A stretch of 64,000 nucleotides of DNA from Sphyrna mokarran (GCA_024679065.1 JAGIQG010000009.1:44516001-44580000); one strand, 5' to 3'. Numbered from the stretch's first letter, positions 26,200 to 37,845 are shown. Notes: generated from the letters alone by a model not told the origin. A program made the numbers and translations.

Positions 26200-27095
26200 C
26201 ACCTCTTCTGTCCTGTAAAGTATCTGAGCTGATGGTTATAAGTATTAAATCAGACTGTTAATGATCAGTGTCCTGCTGCCCTTGATCTTCCTGCTTACTG
26301 TTCTAGTGGCCATTGTAGTATATCTGAAAGGGGAAAGGCGAGGAGAGTTGTAAAGTAAGAGGTACAGACTGACATCTGCAGCTTACAAATCAGAGAAGGT
26401 GGAATGGTTAGAAACACACAGTAATCTTTTCTGGTCTCACCCCATTGCTGATATAGCATCAATAATGGTTGCTCCAATTAAGGTGAGCACACCTCTTCCA
26501 CTAGCGTAAAGGCATGCAGCTGTGCCTGTACTCCCTCATTAGCTGCTGCAACATCATGTTATTTATCACTTTGTCCTGCAAGAGAGAGGGAAATGGTTCA
26601 TAGAGTGTGATGCAGTATGTTTAGGTGATGCTGTCATGGTTGAATAGGTGGCAGGGCTTGTAAGGAGTAAAATGTGGATGGGTATGAGACTTGTAGCAAT
26701 GCTAAGCGTGTGAGAGTGAGGTGCAATAATGAATGTGGGTATGAGTCATGCTTGATAGAGAATTTTGGTAGGTGTGTGATGGGCTTTGGTTCACATTGCA
26801 GAATGGGAGGCTCATAGCTCAGCTGCATGGATGTGACATTTGAAGATGAAGTCACTGACCTTGACAACTCGTGTATGATCCTTAAACATTTCTGGCATTA
26901 CATCCAAGTCCTCAGGGTGACTGTGCTCATATTGACCTTCAAGACTATCATCTCCCAGTCCTTTCTAACCAGTTGCCTGGAAGGCCTCCTGGTCTCTTGT
27001 AGGAAAAAGATCCCATTCCTCCTGCCCACCTCCTACATCTAGATCTCCAATGCTCCATCAGCAAAGCTGGGAATGCACTCTTTGCCATATTGTGA
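26200..27095 (-). pseudogene. Decayed PIF/Harbinger Myb/SANT-like (NAIF1-like) DNA-binding protein gene with two introns
   Basis: Exon 27095-26860 reads ...PSFADGALEI*M*EVGRRNGIFF...RRPSRQLVRKDWEMIVLKVNMSTVTLRTWM*CQK..KDHTRVVK followed by GTCAGT. Intron 26859-26576 ends ctctcttgcAG and the next exon starts DKVINN. A second GT..tttcAG intron lies at 26419-26324. Multiple stops and frameshifts. Confidence 0.72.
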
Positions 27096-30000
27096 GAGTT
27101 TTACCCTTTTGTTGGTCAAACACTTTGCTGCAACCAAAATGCCTCTTCCCTTTAACATGTTAACTTTAATTAGTACAGATATTTGTAAGTGGTGCTGGTC
27201 TCATGAACTTGGGCCCTGCACTGTAGCATGCAGCCAGCCAACAGTGTATTCAGTGTTGGATTGCATGCTATTATTTAACTGAACAAGCAGTAGAAAGTTT
27301 GCATGCTTCCTGGTATTATTTTGACCAGGGGCTGTTTAATCACACACCGTCATCCAAGCACTCAATTTCAGGGAATTATAAATTATTAGCCCAGTCCCAA
27401 TCGGTTCCACAGGAAAAATTTATGTACTGACTAAAATTCTGAAAGGTTGATGAATAAAATTTTTCTGCAACAATAATGATCTGTGAAGATTAATAACCTG
27501 CAAATAAAAAATAAATACATTTGAAAAGGTTGATTTAAAGCATTGATGTATTGCAGAGTATTTGATGTAAATAATTCACATTCAGCAGTTTTTTTCTCTT
27601 TCTCTATCTGTTCTCAATAGATGCCAAAAGAGTGAAAATATTTTTTAATGGTATAATACCATTTCAGTTCTGGCAATACTACAAAAACTTTAGTTAAGAT
27701 GTGGGCTGCTTTACATTTTTAATAGAACATTTTCAACTTAAGATGAATATGCTTACAGTTTTGCTGCTCCTCTCTATTTCAAGAATCAGTTTGATGCAGT
27801 AATGTCCATTTTCTGGGTATGTAAACTACTGTTAAGCTACAGACCACAAGTGATGTTATCATATGACCCAATCCCTGACAATGATCATTCTTTATCATTA
27901 GAAATTGAATAACTGAATCTTTGACAATTAGGATCACTCAGGATAGTATTGATTTAGATTTGAACACAAAGAATGAAGGGAGGTAGACCAGGATACAGGG
28001 TGGTGCACTTGGACCTTGTTTAGCAACCTTCTATGATAAATCAATGAAGTCAAACATTCTTATTTGCTTAATTAGCATCAATAACAACGCTAAAAAAAAG
28101 TTGCATTTAATTTTGTCATGTTAACTTATGACTAACTCATACTAGTAAATGTCAACATCTCTGTTGTGAGTATTTTGCTCACTAACTTAAAAGTGTCTTG
28201 TGTTTACCAAACGTGCTGAACTAGGAACATTAACAGCAGTTTCAAAAACATTGATGTATTTAATCTGATTTCCTTGGATAAAACTATTCACATAATCTCC
28301 CATCAAGGGTTGTTTTCCAAAAGTTGTAACTTGGATTTGTCCTTTGACAATGTGATGTGAGATTATATCAGTTGTGGGGAATAAAACAGTTTTACAAAAT
28401 GCAACTCCTTTTGGCATCAAGCAATTCCAGGTCATTTGCAGCAGAGGTTAGAAGTACAATACTGTTCACTTTGCATTGTCCCAAGAATGTGCCGTAACTC
28501 CTATCCTTTGTGATGCTTGATGATACCAGATTGTCATTTTTCAGTCATTTGGCCCCCTCCGAATGACATTATCAATTTGATGTTGTTGAGATTATGATGT
28601 AAACTTTGGAGGTGATTTCCAGTTTAGAAGCCTGAGTTAAATATAGGTAAATATATATTACATACCTTCCTTTCTGATTTATTGCGAATGCTGGATGTCT
28701 AACTCAAGACCCACTCCAACTTTGCATTGGTAAGCTACAAGCTGAAAGTAGGCTTTTTGGTTCAAATTTTTTCTTACTGTAAACTAAGCAATAGCAGGGT
28801 GAACACCACTCCCACAACAACATTAAGTCAAGCTTCTGTAAATTAATTCAATGTCAGATCCGTACATTTGGCAGTGCAAGGATATTTTCTTTATTAATGT
28901 GATAACCCACTGTACACTCCAAAAACCATCACTATATGCAGTAGGCCATATCTGGACAGTGTGCAAAATCACATTTAGTGATGCTGATAACTGACTTATT
29001 AATCTTTCAACTGAAGTAAAGCTCCATTCAGAGTGGAACCATTTGTACTTAAATGACATTGATCTACTTTTTTGATTTCCATTTTGTTTAAAATGTGTAA
29101 GGCTTGATTAATGGAATGGACATGGGACATTAAGACACTTTAACCAAAAAAAAGCTATCCCTGGGAAGGATTTGCAACAGCTTTTAAAGAGGCATGCAAA
29201 AAGATTGGATAAAATATTACCTTTCTTGCTTCAAACGAGAGCAAAACCTTGACTGAATAATATTGCATAATGTTGATAGGTACGCATCACATATATCACT
29301 TTACTGCTGACATACAGTGGATCACTTCTGTTTCTGCGGTCAGGACCTATTTGTTACGGATTAAATTTTGCCCAATGTTAACATAGACAGATTCCAGCAT
29401 GGATAACTGAGTAGGAATCAAGAGCAAGAATCCTGACTGAATTCTTCACTTAATTACCAGCCAAATAACACTGTGACATGACAGCCATGCTGAAATCAAC
29501 TAACTGTCAGACAAAAACTGGGATAAAATCTGGCTCAATACTGCATTGAACAATGAATATACTACCTAAACTGTTTGGGAACAGCCAATTATATACGATT
29601 GGTTCAAAGTTGCATTTCTCTTTATTTCTTTATTTGAAAAGCATGGTTAGAATGTGGAACTCACTATAACAGGAAATAGTTGAGACAAATAACTTAGATG
29701 CTTTTGAAAACAAACTAGATGACTTCTTACTGTATATAAACAAGGATCAGGGGTTGTTACTTGACCCTTGGGTTTCTAGCATTCATGTTTACACATTTTA
29801 GGGAGACGGAATAGAGGAAACCAAAGCTTGGCCTCCCCCAACACAAAGAGGGAGCTTCCTCCACCTTCCCAGGGCAAAAATTATTAATTAAAAGTTGACA
29901 CGACTTTGGAGGAGACATTATAGAAGAGAAATTGGAATAGAAAGGTAAGGCTGGCAGAATGGGAGGAGACTCTTGTGAAGTACAAACCCATGCACTGGCT

Positions 30001-30869
30001 AGTTGGGCCAAATCGCCTGCTTTGATGTAGTATAGTCTCAGTAATCTAAAATCAGAAATTCAGTGAAAATAGCTACAAATCTCTGAGTAGCCTGCTCTAC
30101 ATAGCATTTACCTGTCAGAAAACAGAATGAGAACAGGTTCGACAATTACAACTCATTCTGAGGGAATTCCACCACACTACTAAATGTGGTTATTAATTAT
30201 TCACAAGTATTTTAATGGGCTTTTTGATCGTCACCAGTGTGAATAATTAGCACAAGATGCATAACCCAAATAAACACTTCCCTTGCAAAATAATTAGTGA
30301 ATAAATAACAAGTCCCCGGATCATGCACTGAGTACCTTTTGATCAGGGGACTATCCCTCCTCCCCCCCCCCCCCCCCCCCCCTTACCCACTCCCCACTGG
30401 AACTCACAAGCAATACTTGCAGGACTTGCTTTGTAGGCTTCCCACGTGTGAGTTCCTAGTGCCCACTGTTGGGCAAATACCTCATCTCAGTAGTGGTGGA
30501 TGAGGCCTTAAATGGGGAATTAATTGTCAGTAGGGCAGGAAGGCCATCCATGAGTCTCCTGGCCTTGGCTAATTGAGACATTCTCCCACTTGATTAAATG
30601 CTCCCCGCCAGAAAACTCACCAGGGGAGGACATCACATTCTGTCCCTTTCATTCTTCTTATTACATACATGTTCTTATAATTCCAGTTCCTCAGGAAATG
30701 CTGGCAAGTACCATTCTGGTTAATTAGCAGCTAGATAAAGAAAAGACAAGTTAAGACATATTAGGTGTGTAAACTTCTTTAGAGCACCTTATCTTATGTA
30801 CTGATATCTCCACATATATATAGTTTGTAGCATACACAACTTACACTCTTACGGCTTCTTGGACATGTT

Positions 30870-31230
30870 GAAGTCTCTCATGACTTTTATAGATAGAAGT
30901 GAGGTTTGAGAGGTTTCATCTAACACTGCCAGTTTTAAGGGAGTTGTTTAAGATAGGGAAGAATGTCATAAAGTCGATGGATTTAAGAAAGATAATTCAA
31001 AGTTCAGGGCAATGATGGTTGAAGGCATTGCTATTGATATTAGAGAAAGACCATGTATTAGTCCACAAGAGAAAAGACTAATGATTGTAAAGCTAGAAAA
31101 GGCTGCACAGGAATGCCTTAAAGCAACTTATAAACTAGAACAATGATTTTGAACTTATGTGCTTGACTGCGAGAAGGAGTGAAAGTCAATAACAACAGAG
31201 GTGACAAGTTAGCAATTGAGCATTGCTATA
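30870..31230 (-). mobile_element. Very old L2-like fragment
   Basis: ttttaagggagttgtttaaga...gataattcaaagttcagggc...ggttgaaggcattgc resembles the L2 3' region at 24340-24440. Confidence 0.45.
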
Positions 31231-32052
31231 AAAAAAACATTTTTGTTGAAGCTTTTTGTCTGGCACTTGTAGCACAATTCACAAGAATACCATTGTAAGG
31301 AAGAACAACAAATTTATACGCTATGCAAAGAGAGTTGGGAAATGGACTCTATTTGGTAGAAACAATGCAACAATTGATAGTAACCGATAGTTAACCGCCA
31401 TTTATTTTTTGAAAATATAACCTAGGTAGCTTGACTCCAATTGGTCAATTGCCCACATAATAAATCAGCTGTCATTTATTTTGTTTAGCAGAAACTGGTG
31501 CAATGTGCATAAATATTCTTTGTGTCTGTCCTGTGAACATTATGTGACTAGTATTTGAGGAGGGGGTGAGGGGGAGAAATTGGGGCTGGTTGCAAGTGCA
31601 GAGCTTATCTTAAAATTTTGGAGTTGCAAAACAGGAGAGGCCATTGCTGGAGATGTACTGGTTATGCTAGAACTGATGGGAATTGAGCTCACAGAGAAAT
31701 GCATGATATTTGCTTATTTCTTTCTGACAAGAGCAAGAATCAAATTAGCTCAGAAAATTTAGTGAAATTTGTTTTGTGCGCAAGGGATTCAGAATAGATG
31801 CATTGTCTGTCTAGATAAGTATCAGTTTACATCCTCGTAGATTATATATTCAAATAAATTCACATCTAGGTGGGAAATTGATTTTGTTTTTAAGAGAAAT
31901 GTATTTGATTTCTTTTCTGTCCTAGTCATTCTTGAATAGTATTTCTCAACCTATGTTGTTGAAATTTGATGTTCTGTCAGCAGCCATGAGAGACCACTCG
32001 ATAAACCAAAGAAATTATGGGGGCAAACTGCCACATGTAAAGTGATGTATTG

Positions 32053-32320
32053 GAGAGATGGTGATGTAGTGGTATTGTCGCTGGATTAGGAATCTACAGA
32101 CCCTGTATAGTGTTCTGGTGATCTGGGTGTGAATCCTACCATAACAGATGGTGGAATTTAAACTCAGTAAAACAAATGGAATTAAAAGGCTACTGATGAT
32201 CATGAAACCAGTCATCAATTGTCGTAAAAATCCAACTGGTTCACGAATGTCCTTTAAGGAAGGAAGTCTGCCATACCTTACTTAGGCTAGTCCACATGTC
32301 ACTCCAGACCCACAGCAATG
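32053..32320 (+). mobile_element. 5' part of a tRNA-derived elasmobranch SINE, fused to the downstream LINE
   Basis: A-box-like ggtgatgtagtggta and B-box-like gggtgtgaatcc; body ctggttcacgaatgtcctttaaggaaggaagtctgcc matches the minus-strand copy at 51485-51670. Confidence 0.75.
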
Positions 32321-33975
32321 AGGAGCCCTGCACACAGCTATGGAAAAGACAAATTTGAAGCAGTCGCCTTCAGCCAGAAGTGCTGAGTGGACAATCCATC
32401 TCAACTTCCTTCGACAGTCCCCAGCACCACAGATGTCTTCCGCTAATTCAGTTCATTCCATGTGCTGTCAAAAACAAGTTGAAAGCACTGGATGTTGCAA
32501 AGGCTGTGGATCCTGGCAGTAGAACTGAAGACTTGTGCTCCAGAACTTACCTTTGCCCTAGTCAAGCTGTTCCTTTAGAGCTACAACACAGGCATCTACC
32601 TGGCAGTGTGGAAAATTGCGTATGTCCTGTACGTAGAAAACAGGACAAATCCAACCTGGCCAATGATCGTCCCATCAATGGACTCTCGATCAGCAGCAAA
32701 GTGATGGAAGGAGTCATCAGCAGTATTATTAAGTGGCACTTACTCAACAATAACCCATTCATGGATGCTCAGTTTGGGTTTTGCCATGGTCACTCAGGGC
32801 AAGACCTCATTATAGCTTTGTTCAAAGGAGTTGTATGCCAGAGGTAAGGTGAGACTGCCAGCCCTTGATGTCAGGCAGCAACTGAAGAATATGGCATCAA
32901 AGAGCCCTTGCAAAACTGGAGTCAATGGGAATCAGGAAGAAAACCCTCCACTGATTGGAGTCATACCTGACAAAGAGGAAGTTGGTTGTGGATGTTGGAA
33001 GTCAATCTTTTCAGCTCCAGGACATCACTGCAAGAGTTTCTCAGGTTAATGTTCATCTTCAGCTGCTTCATCAATGATCTTCCCTCCATCATAAGTTCAG
33101 AAGTGCAAATGTTCGCTGATGATTGCACAATGCTCAATATCATTTATAACTCCTCCAATACTGAGCCAGTCCATGTCCAAATGCAGCAAGACCTGGAAAA
33201 GTGGCAAGTGACATTCGTGCCACACAAGAGCCAAGCAATGATCATCTCCAACAAGAGAAGGTTTAACTATCGCCCTTTGACATTCAACGGCACTTCCATC
33301 ACTGAATCCCTTCATAACGTTACCCAGAATGTCACCATTGACCAGAGACTAGCCATATAAAGCCCTGTGGCTACCTGGGCAGGTCAAAGGCTGGGATTTC
33401 TGTGACAATTAACTCACCTCTTTATCCCCACAAAGTCTGTTCACCATCTACAAGGTACAAATAAGGAGTGCAATGGAATACTCTCCATGTGCCTGGATAA
33501 GTGCAGCTCCAACTCAGGAAGCTTGACACCATCTGGAACAAATCAATGCTGTTGATTGCTACCCTTTCCACAAACATTCAATCTCTTCACCACTGACGAA
33601 CAGCGGCAGCTATGTGTAGCACGTACAAGGTGCGCTACAGGGACTCACCAAGATTCCTTAGTTAGCAACTGCCAACCAATGACCACTACCATCTGAAAGG
33701 ACAAAAACAGTAAGGACAAAATACCTGGAAACGGCACCTCCCAGCAATTCCCTCCCAAGTCACTCACCCTTCTGATTTGGAAATATATCACATTCCTTCA
33801 TGTCACTGGGTTTAAATACTGGAACTCTTTCAATAACGGCACTGTATGTACTTCTGCCTCAGCAACTGCAGTTATTCAAGAAGCCAGCTCTCTCTACCTT
33901 CTGAAGGGCAACTATGGATGGGCAATAAATGCTGGCCTAGCCAGCAACACCCACATCCCATAAATAAAAGAAATA
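32320..33975 (+). mobile_element. Degraded CR1-group LINE (RT domain and 3' tail)
   Basis: KQDKSNLANDRPI...SKVMEGVI...DAQFGF, FSCFINDLPS...MFADDCT; tail gggcaataaatgctggcctagccagcaacacccacatccca. Confidence 0.9.
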
Positions 33976-34466
33976 ATCGAGAGGCTTTAGTTCAGTTCAG
34001 GTAACATTGCAGTTTAACCCATCATTATTATTCTGTCTTCTGAGGAGTGATAATTAAAACTGTAAATACTCTACATCTGCAGTATGTAATTATTTCTGTT
34101 AATTTGTCCAAGGGCTGTTTAATACATCTATTTGGCAGTTTACATCCTACCTCAGAGTATAGTGGAACAATTATTCAACTGCCTTCAAATGTAGGAAAAT
34201 CACTTGCAGGAAAGTAATATAATCAGTGAGCCAAAATATCGTAATATGGGTTTTTTGTTTCATCTTTTGAGCGTGCTACAAATCACCAGCAAATTAACTG
34301 GGCAAAGCATGGGATCACCTTTGGGCAAGAATATGAAATATCGAAGCTGAGAAAATATCTGGAGCAAAAACTTAAAAATACAACAACAGGAAGCAAAGCT
34401 GGAAACACACACACTAATGGTTGAATAATACTAAAGCATGTAGTCAATCATAGCTAAGATAACATT

Positions 34467-34640
34467 AGAATCGTAGAAAGGATCTCTACAGTGCAGAAGG
34501 AGACCATTCGGCCTATCGAGTCTGCACTGATAACAATCCCATCTAAGCCCTATCCCCGCATATTTACCCAACTAATCCCTGACACTAAGGATCAATTTAG
34601 CATGGCCATTCAACCTAACCCACATATTTTTGGACTTGGC
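34467..34640 (-). mobile_element. HE1-like SINE 3' fragment, tail B
   Basis: ctacagtgcagaaggagaccattcggcctatcgagtctgcac is the reverse complement of tail B. Confidence 0.8.
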
Positions 34641-35439
34641 AGCATAATAATTTGTTTAAACTTTAATCCTTAAACAAATTATTGTGTTGCTAATGTTATC
34701 CCAGCCATGATTGACTGACATTGCAAAGAACACAGGAATCAGATGCAGTACCTTCCAGGTTGTATCAATCCAGGTAGTGCAATTAGTAGTCAAACAGTTG
34801 GTGGATGTCAAATGGCTATTTTTAAGAGGTCTTATTGACCTCATGTAACCTTCAGAATGCACTAATTTGATAACACTCTTGTTTAGCAGTGTACGTAAGG
34901 TTTACATACAGTTGTCTGGTATTTGATACATGGCCACTTAATAGCAGTCAGTTGTAATAAATAGGCTTCATGGTAACATAGCTTCTCAATGATGAAATAA
35001 CTAACATTGTAAAATCTTGTTACAAATCATTAGTTGCTGAATGATAGTGAGTGATCTTGAGCAATATTATTTAGCCAGTTGGATAGTTAACAAAGCCATG
35101 GGGGAATTGGTCGTAAAAAGAGAAAGCCCATATTATAGGTCTTCACCAAGGGGAAAAGGGAGAGGTGATGGGCTACGTCAAAATATATCTGATTAGACAT
35201 CATCAAATTTGCATTTTAGAAGCACTAAATTGGGAGAGGAAGAGATGGTTGAAGGAAATGAGAAATTTCTTTGAGATTTGGAAGAGTGTAATAAATGAAC
35301 AAAGCAGTAACGAAAGAACAAGGTAAAGAAAATGTTTGAGCAGCTAGAAAATTAACAGGGAAGGATGACAGGGAAAATTCAAAAGAATTAATGTAAGAGT
35401 CATGTGGATGTGTCAAAAAGAATCACCAAGTGTAGGAAT

Positions 35440-35770
35440 GTCTGAAATGGGAACATGAGTAGGCAGTTTGGTCCCTGAAGCCTGCTCCAGCATTCAACAA
35501 GTTATTGGCTCTTTGTTTATGTTTTGAATTCTATATCCCTATCCAAATCAATAACCTTTGAGTTCTTTGCCCAACAAGAATCTATCTAACTCTGCCTTAA
35601 AAATATTCAGTGATTCTGCTTGCACTACCTTCTGGGGAAGGGCATTCTAAAGTTGCACAACTCTCAGAGGAAAAAATCCCCCTCATCATCCATAATGACA
35701 ATCCCTAATTTAAAAAAAAATGCACTGGGTTCTGAACTGTCACACAGGAGGAAACATTTTCTGGACACTG
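35440..35770 (-). mobile_element. CR1 3' fragment
   Basis: gaagcctgctccagcattcaacaag...ggcattctaaagttgcacaactctcagag matches the reverse complement of the CR1 3' end. Confidence 0.7.
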
Positions 35771-35971
35771 GAATATTCTCATATTAGCCATGATTCAGTT
35801 CAAGAACAGGAGGGAATCATTTGATCAGGTTCAGAACATTTAGCCTCAGTCAAGGAAGTAACAGAGGTGGGCGGGTAAGAGGGAGTATGCCAATACCCTG
35901 CACCATCCTCCAAGCAGGAAGTAGCCAATTAAAACAACAAAAGGCCTGCTGATATTAATTGATGGAGGTCA

Positions 35972-36269
35972 ACTTTGTTTATTTATCAGTGTCACAAATA
36001 GGTTACATTAACACTGCAATGATGTTACTGTGAAAATCACCAAGTTGTCACACTCTGGTACTTGTTCGAGTATGACTAAAGGAAAATTTAGTATGGCCAA
36101 TGCACCTCACCAGCTTGTTTTTCAGACTGAGAGAGGAAACTGGAGCAATCCGGAGGAAACCCACACAGACGCAGGGAGGATATGTAGATTCCACAAAGAG
36201 CTTGACCCAACTAGGAATTAAACCGGGGTCCCTGGTGCTGTGAAGCAGCCATGTTAACCACTGTGCCAA
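35972..36269 (-). mobile_element. HE1/V-SINE-like SINE, tail type A
   Basis: tttatttatcagtgtcacaaataggttacattaacactgcaatg (tail) ... ccctggtgctgtgaagcagccatgttaaccactgtgcca (head). Confidence 0.88.
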
Positions 36270-36443
36270 CTGGAATTTTCCAGTTAGCTTCTAGCTCCCT
36301 ACAGGCAGCTGGGACAGTTTAGCAAACGGCCAGCATTTCAGGCTGACTTAGAAGCCATTTCATTCCTGCCTGGGTTCAACAGCAGCTACAGATTGCCCTG
36401 TACAGGGATTCTTGTGGCCTGGCTGAGAAAGGCCATTTCTTAT

Positions 36444-37521
36444 AACGGAGGGAAAAACATTCCCAGTGCCACCATCATCCTAATGGCCACCTTTGTGTGC
36501 AGCTGCATCAAGCTGTGCGTAGATCCTCAGTACACTAACAGCAAGTGCCACTACTTTTTGAGGTTCTACCTGTCCCGAGTGTTGTGGGGGATGGGTCTGG
36601 CCACACTGCTGTGGAACGCTCCAAGTAGTTGGATCGTACCGCAACACCTGTCCTTCATGGAGAAATTTTTCCTCAAACACACCTTTGACCACGTGGTGAT
36701 TAAGCAGTGATCAGTGCGTAACGTCGCTGGGGCCCTGAGAGAGAAGGAGATGGCAGATCCTGTTGGATTGTTCCCTGAGCAGACTATCAGTATCATCTGG
36801 CAGAATGCCTCATCACTAGAACCAAGCATCAAGATCTGGCTTGGCTGGTGATGAGAACGGCACTCCCCGTCAGGTCCTTTATGCACGCTCGAGGTCTCAA
36901 CGTCACCACATACTGTCTTCAAATTGGCAGCGGGGCTGATGAGACGGTCGCACACCTCCTTGTGGAATGTGCCTTTGCAAAGAAGGTCTGGAGTGAGATG
37001 CAGTGGTATTGTCGAGGTTAGTCCCAAGCAGCTCAGTGACATAGGACTCTGTGTTCTATGGGTTGTTTCTGGGGACGCACACTGAGACAAATATCAGCTG
37101 CTGCTGGAGGATCATCAAGTCGGTGAAGGATGCACTTGGTCCACCTGAAACTTGCTGATCTTCCAGTTAAAGGAAATATTCTCAACCAAATGTTGCAGAC
37201 TGGCGCATTCCAAGGTCCAGGACTACGTGCTGAGGGACGCGCTGAAGCTTGGGGCAGTCGGCACAATGGGGAAAGACAACACTGTAAGGGAACTGCAGAA
37301 TACCCTTGGCCAGCGTAAGTGTGTGCCAATCTGACAAATAATGACACACAGTAAATTTTGAAGCATGTATATAATTTAAAATTTTGAAATGTAATGACTG
37401 TAATTTGTATACTATTGTAAAGATGTTTTTATTCTGTACTGTTTGCAATTTTTAGATACGTAAGTTTGCAATAGTTTAATTGAAATTTTTACGAATAAAG
37501 TATATTTTTGAAATAAAAAAA
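36444..37521 (+). mobile_element. 5'-truncated Tx1-clade (L1 superfamily) non-LTR retrotransposon
   Basis: GGKNIPSATIILMATFVCSCIKLCVDPQYTNSKCHYFLRFYLS; degenerate CCHC finger YCLQIGSGADETVAHLLVECAFAKKVW (~36911-36991); CCRLAHSKVQDYVLRDALKLG; AT-rich 3'UTR, AATAAA and A tail. Confidence 0.85.
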
Positions 37522-37529
37522 TTCTTATT

Positions 37530-37568
37530 ATCGCTTCTCAGCCTTTGAGCTAAGATCAAGTGTAGTAT
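37530..37568 (+). pseudogene. U2 snRNA 5' fragment (nt 1-39)
   Basis: atcgcttctcagcctttgagctaagatcaagtgtagtat vs vertebrate U2 ATCGCTTCTCGGCCTTTTGGCTAAGATCAAGTGTAGTAT = 36/39; includes the branch-point recognition sequence GTAGTA; no Sm site or 3' stems. Confidence 0.93.
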
Positions 37569-37845
37569 AGACATGCTATACTTGGTTGATATCATTGGGT
37601 TACATTTTAGCTTCATTTGAAGCAATTTTTTCAAGCAGCATCTCGGCCTCTTGGCTAAGATGCAAATGAGATCAAGCCTTGGATGAGGAGCTATGCCTAC
37701 TCTAGTCAGCTTGGATCATGTAGATCAAGCCCAAGACAGGAGGTGAGAGCCCTGTCTTGTCAGCTTGGATCAGGAATGTCCCAACTTGTTGGGACTCTGA
37801 ATTAGATTTGATTGGATTGAATTGGAATAAAGTATAAAAAAAAAA
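37530..37845 (+). mobile_element. Candidate U2-headed SINE-like element, or U2-derived extended 3' tail of the Tx1
   Basis: Starts at U2 nt 1; second U2 fragment 37638-37661; three stem-loops 37670-37795; AATAAA at 37826 and A tail to 37845. Confidence 0.62.

Noticed and set aside
30355-30390. Poly-C tract (also the poly-G at ~24877-24888 in CR1)
   Set aside because: Simple homopolymer expansion inside repeats; length may be a sequencing artefact.
37530-37720. Functional U2 snRNA gene
   Set aside because: Homology ends at nt 39 of ~190; no Sm site or 3' stem-loops, and upstream is Tx1 3'UTR rather than an snRNA promoter.
37669-37772. CRISPR-like repeat-spacer array
   Set aside because: Only two units, self-complementary interiors, eukaryotic retroelement context and no cas-like ORFs.
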